From contig OZ249441.1 of assembly GCA_965235115.1 (NCBI GenBank), forward strand, positions 31,372,001 through 31,436,000: a stretch of DNA of 64,000 bases, in the 5' to 3' direction. Shown in pieces: positions 12,563 to 26,330 of this stretch. The notes below the pieces were generated by a model, which was given only the letters and a program-made list of their open reading frames with translations, was not told the origin of the DNA and did not search any database. The DNA comes from Laetmonice hystrix (Eukaryota). How positions within the stretch are numbered: position 1 is the stretch's first letter; each line of letters starts with the position of its first letter. The position numbers and the translations under genes were made by a program.

Positions 12563-15500
12563 TGCCACATCATCCTAGTCCTGCTACTCTCCGATCTCTT
12601 CCCCGGTTAGCATCACACTGATATCTGCTTCCGACGATTTATGGTGCTGTTTAATTATAGCAAATGGATTCTCCCCGGACGAAGCTTTACTTATCCCATT
12701 TTTTTCCTGGGTCGTCGGTTTGATTTGCGACAGGGCAGGGACCGGGCAGCCGATGGTCTGTCGCTAGCATCCTACACTGTGCAGTCTGTGGAGCTAACGT
12801 CGCCAACATCAACAACACAATGATGATCTGCCCTGAGCTGGGGCCGCCCACTGGGTCGGTCGGCCGCCGCTCTGGCAAGGTCAGCCAACATGCACAGAAC
12901 CTGCAGCCGGCTCGGCGTCTCATGGATATGTGGAAAACATCGACTTCGAGTGAATTTTATCGATTAATAGGAAGTCACATTTTCCAGGGTGTCATCCAAA
13001 TGTTTTATTAATGAAGTACATCTGGTTCAAATATTTCAGAAAAGAAAACCATGTTCATGAGATATGAAAATACTATCACACACTTAAATTTTGAAACACA
13101 ATCAATGACGTTGCTTGTCGCTTTAAATATTTAAAATTTCCAATTATGAGATTCGCAATATAAATGGCGACTGTTACACGGATATTACATGAGCAGCGTG
13201 CATTCACGGAGTAACCAGAGCTCGATACGATGTGCAGTTAAACAGCAGCCGGCGGCTTCTATCCAGGCACACTGACAGAGCCACTACCACATGGCTCCTA
13301 TTGTTATTCATTCTCTCATCTTTAACAGGTTATGAAATTGATGGAAACATTTCAATCTCAATGAGGCAGTGTACCATCTATCACCAATCCCATAACACAT
13401 CGTTCGATCTGATAATAAAATACTGTACGGGTTAAAGGACATACTGTAATGTGGCTAGAAAGGGGATTCCAAGATTAGATTCTCGGCGTCCTTATCGCTG
13501 GTGTCACAGTCACGAACCACCTCCAGGTCTTAGTGGCCTGGTTTTGTTGATCACCGACTACACCTAACACCGCCACAGTCGTCCTTTTACACTCCAAGCA
13601 AGTCATCTCAAACCTTAACATCAGCACTATTAACCTTCATAATTCATCAGTGTCGTTATTTTGGTCATGAATTAACGTTGCATAATTCAAGGACCTGATG
13701 TTTCTCAAGATCATTTCTCTGTCCTTCCTTTGGAAACGCAAAGAATGACTCACGATGAAATACAATAAAAATGTATTCTCTGACAAATAACAGGTCCTGA
13801 AATTAAGTATCTAAATCCACAACATTTCAGGAAACACACCTATGAAGAGAAATTCGATACGGCTGTTGAATTTAGATTTCAAACCAAATCAGTTTCAGAC
13901 GGTGCTTTTGATTCGTCTGAATTCTTCTTTTGATTCTGAAACCTCAATTCATTACGTTTTGTGTTAATTTTGCATTAATTCCTGCACACATTTGACCTTC
14001 ACACTTCAACAGAGACTTCTGAAAGACGCAAATTTGCATTCGCGCCAAGTGTCATCGTGACTACAAGAGCGAACCAGCCAGGCACTAGCGGCCTCAGGAA
14101 GCACTGATCTAGAAACGTAAACTCCCTGACATTCACGTGTTAGTGAATACGTTACAGAACAACCAGTTCTGACTTGAACTGAAGAAACCTATCTGTCTGC
14201 TGTTAATGGATTCTGTCAGGTATTTCAAGTCGGCCAGCCGAGTCATTTAATCAAACATTTAAGTCAGATTTCATTGGGACTGTTTGGCGTTCGAATACAA
14301 AAAAAACAGTAGGCACTTTGCATGCCAAGTAGTGCGGTAAGCCAGCCCAGTCTAACTGAACTTTGTGATCTAATTGCTGCCATAAAGGATACACCGAACC
14401 CTCGAAAGGAGATAACCATATTGTATCTTGTCAGCGTCTGTACCAATTATACGGACACCAAGTATGCTCCTATTATCAAGTTATTTTAGCTTCCATCCGC
14501 GTTATTATAAACTTATATCCTAGATGTAACGTGTTTGATACTACATTAATTTTTTTCTTTCAGTCAAAATTACAATTGAAGTAACATTGCCATTAACATC
14601 AATGCATATGCACATTTCTTTTTTTTAAGTCTACCACCATAACAAAACCATTATTTTTCATCACAAAGAAAATGAAAATATTGGGGGAAATAACCCTGTT
14701 GCGAAAGACAAATTTCTGTCAATCGTTTGTATTTATCGCTTCTATAGTAATCACTCGAAAACAGGTAGACTGAAGAATAGGTCCGTTTACATACATCTGT
14801 CATTCAACATTTCAGAGCCGAATGTATCTCTATGGGACAAATACTGTGTTCTTAGCTCTTCCCACATAAGGCCTTGTAGCAGACTCATTTACTGATTAAG
14901 AAAACACCCTTCCTTTTCCATTAGAAGGCATGCAGTTCAGGGAGGATAGCAACCATTAAACTGGAATGTGGTCTATTTCCATTACAGCTACCGAGCCAAA
15001 CGGCCTTTTCCGCATACTACTCAGGCTGTTGTTTTTGTCGGCCTGACGACCAGCAGGCTGAAGCCTCCTCGACAAATTGGTATCTGGTTTGATGGGCTAT
15101 GCTCGGTTCTGACGTCCCTGTGATTAGGCAATGGTCTCTACCAAAATCAAAGTTGAGCCGCGCGTCAGAGAGCGACACGTTCAAGTTAGCGGTGACTGCG
15201 AGTAGTGGCCATTCTGAGACCAAGTTAATGGCGGGTTTAAGTGACCCCGATAGGGGTGACACACACCACCGTACCTCCTGCATGACAATGGGGTGATTGG
15301 GTTGTTGGGAGCATGCCCCCGGTGGTCCACTCACCTTGCTGACAATACTACGCCAATGCGTCTCTTTTCCAGGGGGAATGGCCATCTTGCAGGGGTATAA
15401 GGTATTTTGTTCTCGCCTTCTATCGTATCACTATGAGAACAATTCATACAAACCTCATTAACACCTACCTCACATACACACTCTGACATCATAAACTAAG

Positions 15501-18265
15501 GGACTAACCGCATACACTAGCCTCAACAATTCCCCCTGGCCATATAGAATACCAGCGGTCAGAAATGTTAGTGTCTCACACTGGTGCGAGGCGATAGACA
15601 CTTCTATGGTCTTATCTTGCATAGTTAAGTAAGAGAGGGAATAAGTTTCCACTTACACGGGGCCCGGTAACTGCACGTCCACGCGGGACCTTGGGTAGTA
15701 CATGACCGCATTGTGCAATTCGTTTTATATTCAAATATCGGGGTATTCCTTCATTACCCCAAAGTATTTTTTATCCAGCAGATTAAATTTCCCTCTATAA
15801 GTCGTATGGTTTTCCAAGTCTCGCTAAAATTATTTGATGTATATCCCAATTATCTTTAACCAGGTTAATAACATTGGATAATAATGCGGAACCATAATTA
15901 CACGACTGCTTGGACAAAGCCAGATAATGTTGTACCGTCATGAAGTCATTACTTCACCCGAGTATTGAACATTTCTCACTTCTACCTTTAAAGCAATCCA
16001 ATTGCCTCAACTTTTCCAGAGATAACCTGTCCTGTCTGCACAGAGATATATCCTATTATAACGACCTACCTCATTATGTGTCGATTTACCTCTAACAATA
16101 GCGAAAGTGGACGAGCAAACGTGCCATTCCTGCTGAAAAAATACGATCGCATTTTATCCCAGTTTGTTTACATTCCGGCCTGCATTCACCGGTCCGACTA
16201 AACACTCCGGTGATTAGTCGCACCGTGCGAGCACAACTGCCCAAACAGAAACCAAACATGGTTGATGTATTCTTTAATTTTCTTTATTAAGTGTGAATTC
16301 ATCTCCGTCGTCATCTCACTTATTATGCGATGTATGGACTGGATTTTTACAACTTTCTTTAATTATTTTTTTTATGTCTTGCTCTGGCTGAATGTAAATG
16401 TGTTATCTGGTGAATAAACTAACTACAGAACCCGGCTTTCATGTATACGACTGGCTACAAGGCGATATTTTAGCAAACATAATTGGTATCTGGCTGAGAT
16501 GAATTTTCAAACATGTAGGTAGCTATATCGAAAATAGTTGAAATTTTCTAACATAAGATGTACTTGGTTCCCTTTGATAGATGAGGCCCGGAGAGTGCTC
16601 CGGTCATCCTCGATCCATTAGGGCCCAGCCCCAAGGTCATGCCGTCTAGCTTCAGGCTATCCCCAAACCCGTGGAAACGTGACCACAAGAACACCTGAAT
16701 CCAATAACGTGGCCCTCTCCAAGAAGCCCTCTTGGAGTTCTCCCTCACATCAAGTGTGCCCAACTCGATTCGACACGAGAAATGATTGGTTACCACCGTT
16801 ACATGTCATGATAAAGCCATATCTGTGCGGGCGGGTGCCACCTCAACCAACGCCACCTGTCAACAGTCGGTAATCTTCGCTCCACACGTGCACGCCTCTC
16901 GTCCACTGATTGTTACCTGAGACAGGTGGACTTGAGGGCACCCGGCATGACTGACTCAATTTGACGGACAATCTCATCTAACATATAGCTACTTGAGGCA
17001 GTTTGAGTTTCCTGATACTCCACAGCTTTATGGAGTAGGTCATTATGAACAGAGAAATTAGGTTTACCAAACTCTCCTGCCTTCAAGTACGAATCAAGGA
17101 AAATGCTCGCTTAGTTCCGCTCCAGTGGTTTGGAAAATACGAGAAATTGCTTAAATTCATCATGTTTTCTGCCAATATCCTGATAAAGACATATTCTTGA
17201 AGATACCTGAGACGTAATTGTGCCTGAATCATCCAATCTGAAGATCCCAGTTGTTGTTCTGATGCATTGACGCCTTCTTTTATCTAAACATTGATTTTCT
17301 ATAGATAAGTGCAACCACACCAATCCATGTGTTGGCGGCCAAGATAAACGACCCACATTGTAACGTTCCAGGCATTTTATGACAGGTCAACCTGCACTGT
17401 GGACAAGGCTGTATCGTATGTGTACAAGTCACTCCAGCAAAGGAGCCACTTTACAGGAAACAGTGGATACACGAAATGGTCCGCTGGGCGGTTAAAAAAT
17501 GGCGACATCCCTCCAGCGAGAGGCTGGAGCCTCTTCGCGGCACACAACTGGATCATGTCTTCAGAACTCAACTGGCAGCAGTCTTGACTACATCGATGTG
17601 TCGGTTTTTTAGGGAAAACACTGGAGCATGTACTAGCTACCATTATCATTATACCGACGGGCCTTTTGGTCAATACACATGTATAGTACTACAAGTTCCT
17701 GTGGCTAGCTGCCCATCCGCCCGATTTTCACGTTGTACGGGCTGACCGAATACAGCAAACAGTAATCGTAAAAATGAATATATAATCGGATATATATGTC
17801 CCAACATTATCCGCATTATTAGGCCAATCAAAGGACGGTTTTTATCTTACGACAGGATATATCTAAATATATGTCATCATCAAGCATTTCTGATTACATG
17901 TACGGGCACGTGATTAGGGCCTTTATCACATTATATTAATGAGTCTTACCACTACCTGGCTTGAATCTCCGCAACAATCTCTTCGAAGCCAATCCAAGGC
18001 CCGAACCCTCTTCAATACATGCCTCCATGTATCCTTCTATTTGTATGAGGCTAAGACAGATGTTGGTTTCCTGCAATAGCCCTATTAATATAAGTTCAAG
18101 GTGCAGCATGGATATACCTGTAATACTCGCTCCTTTTCGGACCAAACTCAAACTTTAAAGTTGAAAGCAAACTCTAACGATTTCAACCACAATATTACCC
18201 CCTATGATTCATACCGTTTGGTATTTATCTTGTAACAATATGAAACAAGCAAATGACAAAATTTC

Positions 18266-18489
18266 GGTCCGACTAACGCCAAAATCAGCCTACCAAAACC
18301 GCCCGAAAGTGATCTTGGCATACCGACACCGACCTCCAGATGGCAATGAAGTCCAGATAACCTGCCCACATACTGAAAAGCACGTTTCAGTTAGGGTTAA
18401 GTAATGTTTAGGGTTAGGGATAACTTTCGGTATACTATTCTAAGGTCGGTTTCGGTAAATTCGTTCGATTACGGCGTTTAGTCGCACCC
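18266..18489. mobile_element. MULE-like MITE with 9-bp TSD and internal TTAGGG motifs
   Basis: Imperfect TIRs GGTCCGACTAACGCC / GGCGTTTAGTCGCACC. CAAAATTTC is duplicated at 18257-18265 and 18490-18498. TTAGGGTTA repeats near 18390-18420. Confidence 0.75.
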
Positions 18490-19345
18490 CAAAATTTCGC
18501 ATTTCATCTTCCTAGCTGAATTATTCCTGGCACTAAGTGCGGCGCCATGAACACTATAAGACGATAGGCCTATAGTCAAACAATAATATAAGATATGTAC
18601 ACTCCCTTAGGTTAGTGGAGCCAACAAACCCGCGGTATCTGAGACCGACCTGATCCTTGATCCCACGTCACGTGGCACTTTCCAGACACCAACAGGATCA
18701 GTCAATTAATTATTCAGGCTGGTCGATCCCTTGGGTCTCGGGTAGAAGAGTTGGAGGCACTGCCTCCATTATGAAGCCACATCTCTGGGCACCTGCACAA
18801 TACGGTGGTAACAATGAACACCCATTTGTGGACTCCAAGCATACACGCGAGTAGCCCCAATACACTCTCCTAAAACAAGACGGCCATGCCAAATCTTTAC
18901 CCCTCTGAATGCTGATAAGTCAACGCTCAAGAGGGATTAAATGAGTCGGAACTGAGAGAAAAATCTTGTGAGAAACTGTAAAAATATATGAAGGGGATTT
19001 CAATATCTATAAAATCACATTTCTTAACATAGTTCAAAATCTCCTAAGAGTTGAACTCTATGTATATTGCTGCTGTTTGCATACTCTCGTCGTGGTGCAT
19101 TACTACGAGGAGCATTAAAACATTTGTACTATATCGGCACTGCCCCCATAATCAATACGTCTGACTTGAAAAACCTATTACAATTTTACAATGTTTTATT
19201 ACCTACATATGTAGCAGGTCTGAATACACATCCTGAGGAGAATCGACATGAATGTGTAGGAGCATATGAATAAAACACTTTTCTAAAAATCACTGCTTAA
19301 TTCAGACATCATGTATGCAAAACACTGTTTCTCATAATTATGATT

Positions 19346-20032
19346 ATTTTATGGCTGCCGCACTTTCCCTGTCCTGATTGGTCAGTTCCCTGTCACGTGA
19401 TCACAGATAAAAACTAATATTGCACGGAAAAAGTAATATTGACCAGTCAATATTACTTTTTCACTGCCGTCAAGTGTTCTCACCCCCGCGTGCAAATAGG
19501 CTCTTAGGCATTCTTAACGTAAGTTTAATATGACAGCCTGGAGGGGTGAGAGCGTATGATAGCAAAGCGGAAACTACGCGAGGCTGATTTCAGAATCTTG
19601 TACAGCCTCTAATCTAGGCTAGCTCTAGGCCTAGCTAGATAAAGCAGTCGTGAACACGATGGATCCCCGTAGCCTATCTAATTTCCCGACATGAGAAGTT
19701 TATGTGGTGACTGATTGTTAAGATTGGTCATGGTTTTGATCATGGTTTACTGGTAGAATTGTGAGTACTGAGGCTCAGCGTACCGGTAGGCCTAGGTCTA
19801 GATGAGTCTTTATGGAGTAGTTAAACTGACTGTGCAGTCGTCGATGGGTCCTGGCATAGACAGGAAAAGTGCGGCAGTCATAAAATAAAACAAATATTGC
19901 ACTTGGTATCGTGCAATATGAAAATTTATGGCACTCTGGAAACTGATATTGCACTCCGCTTCGCGTCGTGCAATATCAGTTGCCATCGTGCCATAAATTT
20001 TCATATTGCACTCAACCAAGTGCCATATTTGT
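19346..20032. mobile_element. Non-autonomous Crypton/Helentron-like element with subterminal IRs and a long terminal hairpin
   Basis: A 28-bp inverted repeat (19346-19373 vs 19859-19886, 2 mismatches) is followed by a hairpin of about 140 bp (19890-20032) centred on GATATTGCAC-TCCGCTTCGCGTC-GTGCAATATC. Confidence 0.7.
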
Positions 20033-20599
20033 ATAATATTGTCTTATTGGCTGTATGATCTGTACTAATAATATTATTGTATTGTTGCCGTTTGAAATAC
20101 TTCCTTTTTGCCCTTGAATTTCACCAATTTCAACACGGCTGCCCTGGAACCAGAGGACAACTGCACCAACCAACGAATGGCCTACATGGCTTAAAGACTG
20201 TGCCTTCAGGAAGCGGTCAACTACAGGAAGCAACAACATGTGGAGAATTAAGAGTCCACCTTCTTGTTTGCTGGTCTCGGAGGTAATACATCAGGAGGTT
20301 GCGGGAGGCAGCTCAAGTCCTTGAACATACTACGCTAATCTTTCACAGGAGGTGTTTAGCTAAGACGATCCTTCAACTCTACACTCTACCACTTTTAACG
20401 AGGCCAACACCAATAACACACCCTATTCACAGCCTTTCCGGTAATCAATTTCTGAACCTCCAAGTCACCATACAACCTGACTGTACTCATACTTATTTGG
20501 TTATTTGCAGGTTTAAAGCCTTTATATAAAGAATGGTCAAAATAGGGGTTATCTATTATATATGTGGAAGATTATGATTATACCTATTCCGATTTATAT

Positions 20600-21350
20600 T
20601 TCAACTCGGCTCGGAAAGTAATACGAACCCGAATCCAATGCACCACAGAGTAGCAATCTTGTATTTCTGGCCAGATTAGATATTTCATCTTACGTTTGGA
20701 TTCCGAAAGAAGTTTGGCCTTACACGAGGAATCAATGCTGGAGATTACCCGTGTAATTTCCGTTAGCAAAGGGTTTATCTTCCAGGCAGTTCTTTTTTAA
20801 GACACAGCGCTCTCACTACCAACAACTCGATAAAAATATTCGTCTAGGCCTATGTATTTCTCAACAGTCATCCCAAATTTATGAATTAGCTGAATTTTCA
20901 CCGGCTCCGCAATACTATCTCAAATGTTCTGATGAACTTTCAAATAAATAAACACACTTTAATGTCCACACACTGATGTTTTCAAGAAAATAAGGATTTC
21001 AACGCATAGCCTTAAAAGTCTGAGATCCATTGGGATAGGATGAATTTATTAAATTTCAAGAACTTTATCCTAAAGCTAATGAATCTATCAATGAGTTCAT
21101 GAAACTTAATTCTCTCTTTTTTGTTGGTTAGTCTATTGAGAGCGAAGACCTGGTAGAGCATTGTCCTTCTGGGCCGCTATCCCAAGTGTTGACTTGACAG
21201 ATGAGTCCGTAAGGACAAAACGCCTGATGATGAGTCACCCCACCCTTCATTCTGAAATCCTACTTCTATCACGGTCATCTCCATTCCGATCCACAATACA
21301 CATAGAAACATGGTTACATTACCACTGTAAAGACCTTTTCATTGACATTC
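20600..21350 (-). mobile_element. Decayed CR1/L2 LINE ORF2 (endonuclease to pre-RT linker)
   Basis: EHLR*YCGAGENSANS resembles FN.YF..IG..LA. EITRVISSIDSSCKA resembles EV.K.I.SLD.SKA. Many stops. Confidence 0.35.
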
Positions 21351-21409
21351 TAGGCCTACGCTTGTTCGAAATTTTGTTAAAAGCAGGATGAGACCATCTA
21401 TCCACAGAT

Positions 21410-21423
21410 CCTCCAGAGGGCAG
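21410..21423 (+). promoter_or_regulatory. CTCF consensus site candidate
   Basis: CCTCCAGAGGGCAG(CAC) has one mismatch to CCASYAGRKGGCRS. Confidence 0.4.
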
Positions 21424-22089
21424 CACCCGGGGTTGCGTCCTCCCTTTCGTTACAACGTAGCCATCCTTTCAGACAGCATTTTATTGTGTCTGGCTACGTC
21501 AATGTCGCGTTCAGTCTTATTTTTTTCACAGTTGAATTTAGGGATATCTTGCTAATGGGGTGCACCGGCCCTTCTTTTTGCTCCCCCCCCCCCACCCCGA
21601 ACCAACTCCTGGATCAGCCCCCGTCACCAATCTGTGAATAACTGACACGAGTTCTAAACGGTGTTATGATGTGGTAATCTGCATTGCCGATGGCATACGA
21701 CATACCACCGTCGAGACCTTGTGTCGCTATGCCATATCCACTTTGATCACACCGCTGTAACTCGAAAGATTTGGCCCCGCTCGCTTAGAGTACATTATAT
21801 AAGATCTATCAGCGTATGCTTGTGGCAAAGATTTCAAATCACTATCAGGGTTACTGTGGTATAGGCCGTTCCTAGTCGTCCTTCTCTGACCTCCGCTCCT
21901 CCGAGGACCTCAGCTTGCCAGAAGTGGTCTAGGCAAAGCCAGACCAGCAACTGCGTCTGAGGTTAATACTTTATACCCTGGGGGCGAGGCACGGAGCAAG
22001 TCACGGATTGATTTGATCTTTATCTCACAATATCAGTATCAAAACTGCTCATACATAAAATTCTCCTTGTTGCATTAAGAAAGAAATAA

Positions 22090-22270
22090 AACAAATCGAA
22101 AGGAGGGAGGATTGTTGGTGTCCCAATGCCTCCGCGAAATCTGGCAAGATTTATCTCATTCCGGCGTCTCTGGTCGGCAAATGATAACAAACTAGATGTG
22201 ACGGCGGTTCCTTTTATTCCGGCTGCAGGGGCAGACTATTTTATCGACCTTCACAAAGCCTATGATGAAT
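22090..22270 (+). mobile_element. Highly deleted LINE remnant (endonuclease and RT motifs)
   Basis: KTNRKEGGLLV resembles the APE DR..RGGGV motif. FIDLHKAYD (about 22240-22266) resembles the RT FIDL.KAFD motif. Confidence 0.5.
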
Positions 22271-22899
22271 GTTACACCGATTCCGGGACCCTCTAGAGGA
22301 CCACAAGTACTGGAGGTTCAGCCACCACTGATGTGCACTGAATGCCAAAAACGTCGAATTGAAGATAATGTCGCAGGGAATCATTTGTATCTAGCTTATC
22401 AGTCAGGGCCGCAGTAATCTCCTCAACACCAAACACAACCACAGCGGCACAAGTAATTGGAAAAAACCTGGTATCGGATAGAACTGGATTTTTTTAAACA
22501 ATTTGGGTATTACAGGGGAGGGGGTCTAACCGTTTCCGTTTTGCCCCTTGCTGGATGAAACTAAGTCATGTGTACTTTTATACTGAAACTGATTACTTCC
22601 CTGTACATTGCAGCCTCTCCCCCTGATTAAGATCCCGTGATATACTATTTCAAATGATGTTCACCGTGATGCCATAGCCTGGTTGGACTTTTACTATAGG
22701 GTACTTGACCTAAATCTTGGAAATAAAACCATGTGGAACATCAGTTATAGAAGCCAGAGAGTGTTTGTCATGCCGTCCGACAGGTGCGGACAGTCTACGC
22801 TGGCCACAGGTCGGTTACGGCTGGTGAGTAACTGAAAGACAAGTCATGACTGCAAACATCATTCAAACTGGAGGCAGGGAGGCTAATCTACAATCCTGC

Positions 22900-23250
22900 C
22901 ACATTCGAGGCTCGGTGCGAGCAGATGCCATTGCATGAGAACCATAATTCTGCGGGATCATTAGGGACGCTTGTGAAATTTGTGGTGTCAGGACTTCGAC
23001 CATGGCAATGACAGATTGTGGAGGTCTGCGTGAGATACCCACACCCCAGAACTGTACAATTCGTAAAATGATCGTTACCCATGATGAACGTTACATTGAT
23101 TTATTCAATGCCGATGATGAATTGCCTCACTTGATGTTTACTGAATGCCCTACACTTTCAGATTCACAATGCTGTAGCAATGCCATACAACGTTTGCTCA
23201 CTTTTACCTCCTATTTCTACGCCGTACTTAGTCGAGAGTGTTGTTAGTTT
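22900..23250 (+). mobile_element. Possible decayed DIRS RNase H/methyltransferase region
   Basis: ADAIA followed by IDLFNADDELPH resembles N..ADALSR...VDLFA...N..LP. Weak. Confidence 0.3.
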
Positions 23251-24257
23251 CACATCGTGTCGGTAACTAAGGCTCTCTTCACCGTGAAGAAATATGTCGT
23301 AATGATGGCCTTTTAAAATGGTGCGGTGAAATCTAGGCAACTAACTGCAACGTAACTGAGGAGTAAATGTAAGTTTAGTATCCTCTGTGATAAGGCAGTG
23401 AATCTACATCAAACCTATGGATCACCTATGGGTGCCGCCTATATGAGTGAACAAGGACCTGTGTATGGGCACACTGATTGCAATGTTCTGTGATCACCTC
23501 TCTTGGTGTAAACTCTTATAATCCCCCTCACCCGGGAGTGTACTTTGTCTTTTGTGTCCCCTTATCACCGTATCACTCATCTCGTAGTGCAAATTCCCTT
23601 ATCATTACTGATACTGTGTGATTGGAAGCTGGTCCCGAATAATCCCCTATCATCCGGTTCATCCAGGACTGTCTGTCGTCCTAGATAATGGAGGCAACCA
23701 TCAGCCATCGTCACCACCTGGTTGGCCGACTCGCACACAACCTCTATCCCACCAGTCTACCCATACCTCTTCACAACCTGTCCGTCGTGATGAGCGTCCT
23801 GCTGCTATGGCAACCTGCACGTTCATCAGAGGCAATGCCATCGTAAAACAGACATAAACCCAAGCTGCTGGTCTATTGGTGTGTATGTGGCAGCGTGCGT
23901 GTAAGACTGTTGTAACACATGAAAGTGACCTAGCCGTTGCTCTGTGCCTGGAAGTATACATCAGCACGCTAGATCCGATTTTCCCAGGGTTGTGTTGATG
24001 TACTGTGTATTATATTATTACTTGGCACATACAAGCCTCCTCACAATAACGAAGCCAAATATCTTGCAGCTTCATCACGATTGTTCCATTCTCACCATCT
24101 GTACGCACTACCAAACTGTACAATGACACCTCGGTCCATAGCAATTATGGAAACTGGCTCGGCCTAAGTCATAATATGGTTGAATATCCGTCACATAATA
24201 CTGTCTCCAGCAAAGGTGGCCAAGGTCGGATTTCATCTGTAAGCCTAAATAAACTGT

Positions 24258-24320
24258 GGATGCCTTCTGCTCTCCACTAATACTGGCCTTCTGCTCTCCA
24301 CTAATACTGGCCTTCTGCTA
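24258..24320. repeat. 24-bp tandem duplication, about 2.4 copies
   Basis: GCCTTCTGCTCTCCACTAATACTG is repeated. Confidence 0.85.
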
Positions 24321-24639
24321 TAAACGTTTCATCGAATTACACTAAATAAGTGTACCCTGAGTGTACCTTAATAAGTAATTAACAAACAAACAAAAACAAT
24401 TGGATGCATACCCATGACTTGCACCAAACATACATTTTTTAGAATGTCCTTCCTTATGCTGAATAATCTATGGTCGTTCGTCATTGCTTACCATTACTTA
24501 AATGGTGAGCATAGCTATCACGTCATACCGATTGTCTACTGAGATGGTGAAATAATCTATGTATGGAGTGTACTATACGTGAATATTATTTTCTGTCCTC
24601 TTCTAATCGTAAGGTCTCTCATATATAAACACACCGTGT

Positions 24640-26330
24640 TCCCCACATTAACACTGCTGCCTGACTTTCCAAGGGGACCCTTCTTCAGTATTGACGCATT
24701 AAAATATAGCAGAGTACGGATTTTACCAAATACAGCTGTTTTAGAATGTCCGAAATGATAGAAAAGGCCTTTAGTAGGTCAATAGCCTTGCAGTTCGTAT
24801 TCTCCTAATTAGAATGCGGCATTGCCACATCATAGATCTGTCACAATTGCTTGTAGTGAAGGAATAAGTGATGCACCTATCGTTCCTATAACCAAAGATT
24901 TCCCCTGGTTCGTGATTTATGACCTGTCAGATAAGTTATGAACAATCCCCTTCCTATGCAAGGTCAATATTCTGGCGGCTGAACGTCGGTTGTGCAGGCC
25001 TTCGTCTCAGTCTCACTGAATACACGCTTCCAGTATGCCTGCAAGAGTGCCTAAAAACATTGTGCTACTGCCAGACTCTACCACCGCAATAACACAGAAC
25101 AGAGAACAGCGTAAAATGAAACATGATTTCTTCGACAAACAATAGCATCATCTCTGAGGAATCGATAAATGCATTCACTTTCTTCCATACAAAGTTTGGG
25201 CAAATGACACTATAGATCACACGCTACCGGTCCGAAACACAATGCCTGGGGCGACTGCCAAATTAATCTTTCTGATAAGCAAGACAGATCTTGAAATAAA
25301 GCATACATATCATTTTTGATCTCCGACATAACCAGTTTGTCTGCCCGACAGTGGACAAGGACCTCCAGGTTCTTGATGTAGTCGGGGAAGTACGAGCGGC
25401 AGTATTCTCCTTAATCCAACCTTAATTACACTCACCATTCCCGTAGGTTGGCGCCGAATCCCCAGCCATACTACGGGTTTACGAATTTTCCGCTGCTACT
25501 TTTTCATATTATACAACCAATTGCAATTCAATTCTAGGTTTTCTTTGGGTATCTTCTATTACGACAGACCCTCATCCTTTCCCGGCTTTTACAGATCCAA
25601 ATCGATTCTTTGACTTGCTCAATTCTATTTCTAATGAACGAATTGTATTTATCCTCCAATCTATCGCTACCTGGTAGCTGCACTCATTTTGTTGAAGGAT
25701 TTGTTCGTCTCGTAATATGTGTTGATGGGATTTGAGGTAATTAATCTAATGGTGGATCGAAGGAGTCCATCAATGGGCCAGAGATAGTCTGCTTTAGTCG
25801 GGTACTGATTTCTGACCAAACACTAGTATTTTATCGACGTAATTCCACGCTTTTTTCTCATTCCTCATTTGTTCTATATCAGGGAAAGGATTGTTCTCAC
25901 CTGTCATTCACTCTATTATTCATTTATTTATTTCGAGTGCATTTGAGATTTGCTAGTCGATCTTCAAATCAGATACCATTTCCTTGACATCCAATAGATG
26001 CTATTCCTGGCAGACCTCAACACAATGGCATTTCTTTCTCCACGCACCAGGGTAATCAATTTTATAAAGTCCGTCCAACCCGCTAAAAGGATCACCGGGA
26101 TCAATAATAAAGTCATGTAACTTTTAGAGTTTGGGCTTACTTGATGTCAAACACTTCATTTTTATCACACAGAAGAGGCATTCACCTTCGAGACAGACAC
26201 TGTCTTTCTGAATCCACACAAATGATTAACTTTCAGGCCTATGACCTGTATCATCTTGTGGCCCCTTTGAAAGAAAGCCCATAATTCTTATCTTGTCCAA
26301 ATTGACTGAACAGATAATAATAATTATTAT
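24640..26330 (-). mobile_element. Decayed CR1/L2-type LINE ORF2
   Basis: Degenerate motifs occur in the expected order on the minus strand: VEKEMPL (LDKHAPL-like), FGYR, IDLLKAF, RVPLES (GVPQGS-like). Confidence 0.45.

Noticed and set aside
18385-18425. Interstitial telomere
   Set aside because: There are only two or three degenerate TTAGGG units, and they lie inside a TIR/TSD-bounded element.
24660-24695. Second hammerhead-like motif on the minus strand (CTGAAGAAGGGTCCCCTTGGAAAGTC)
   Set aside because: Helix II is misregistered with GAAA, helices I and III are absent, and it overlaps a decayed LINE RT motif.
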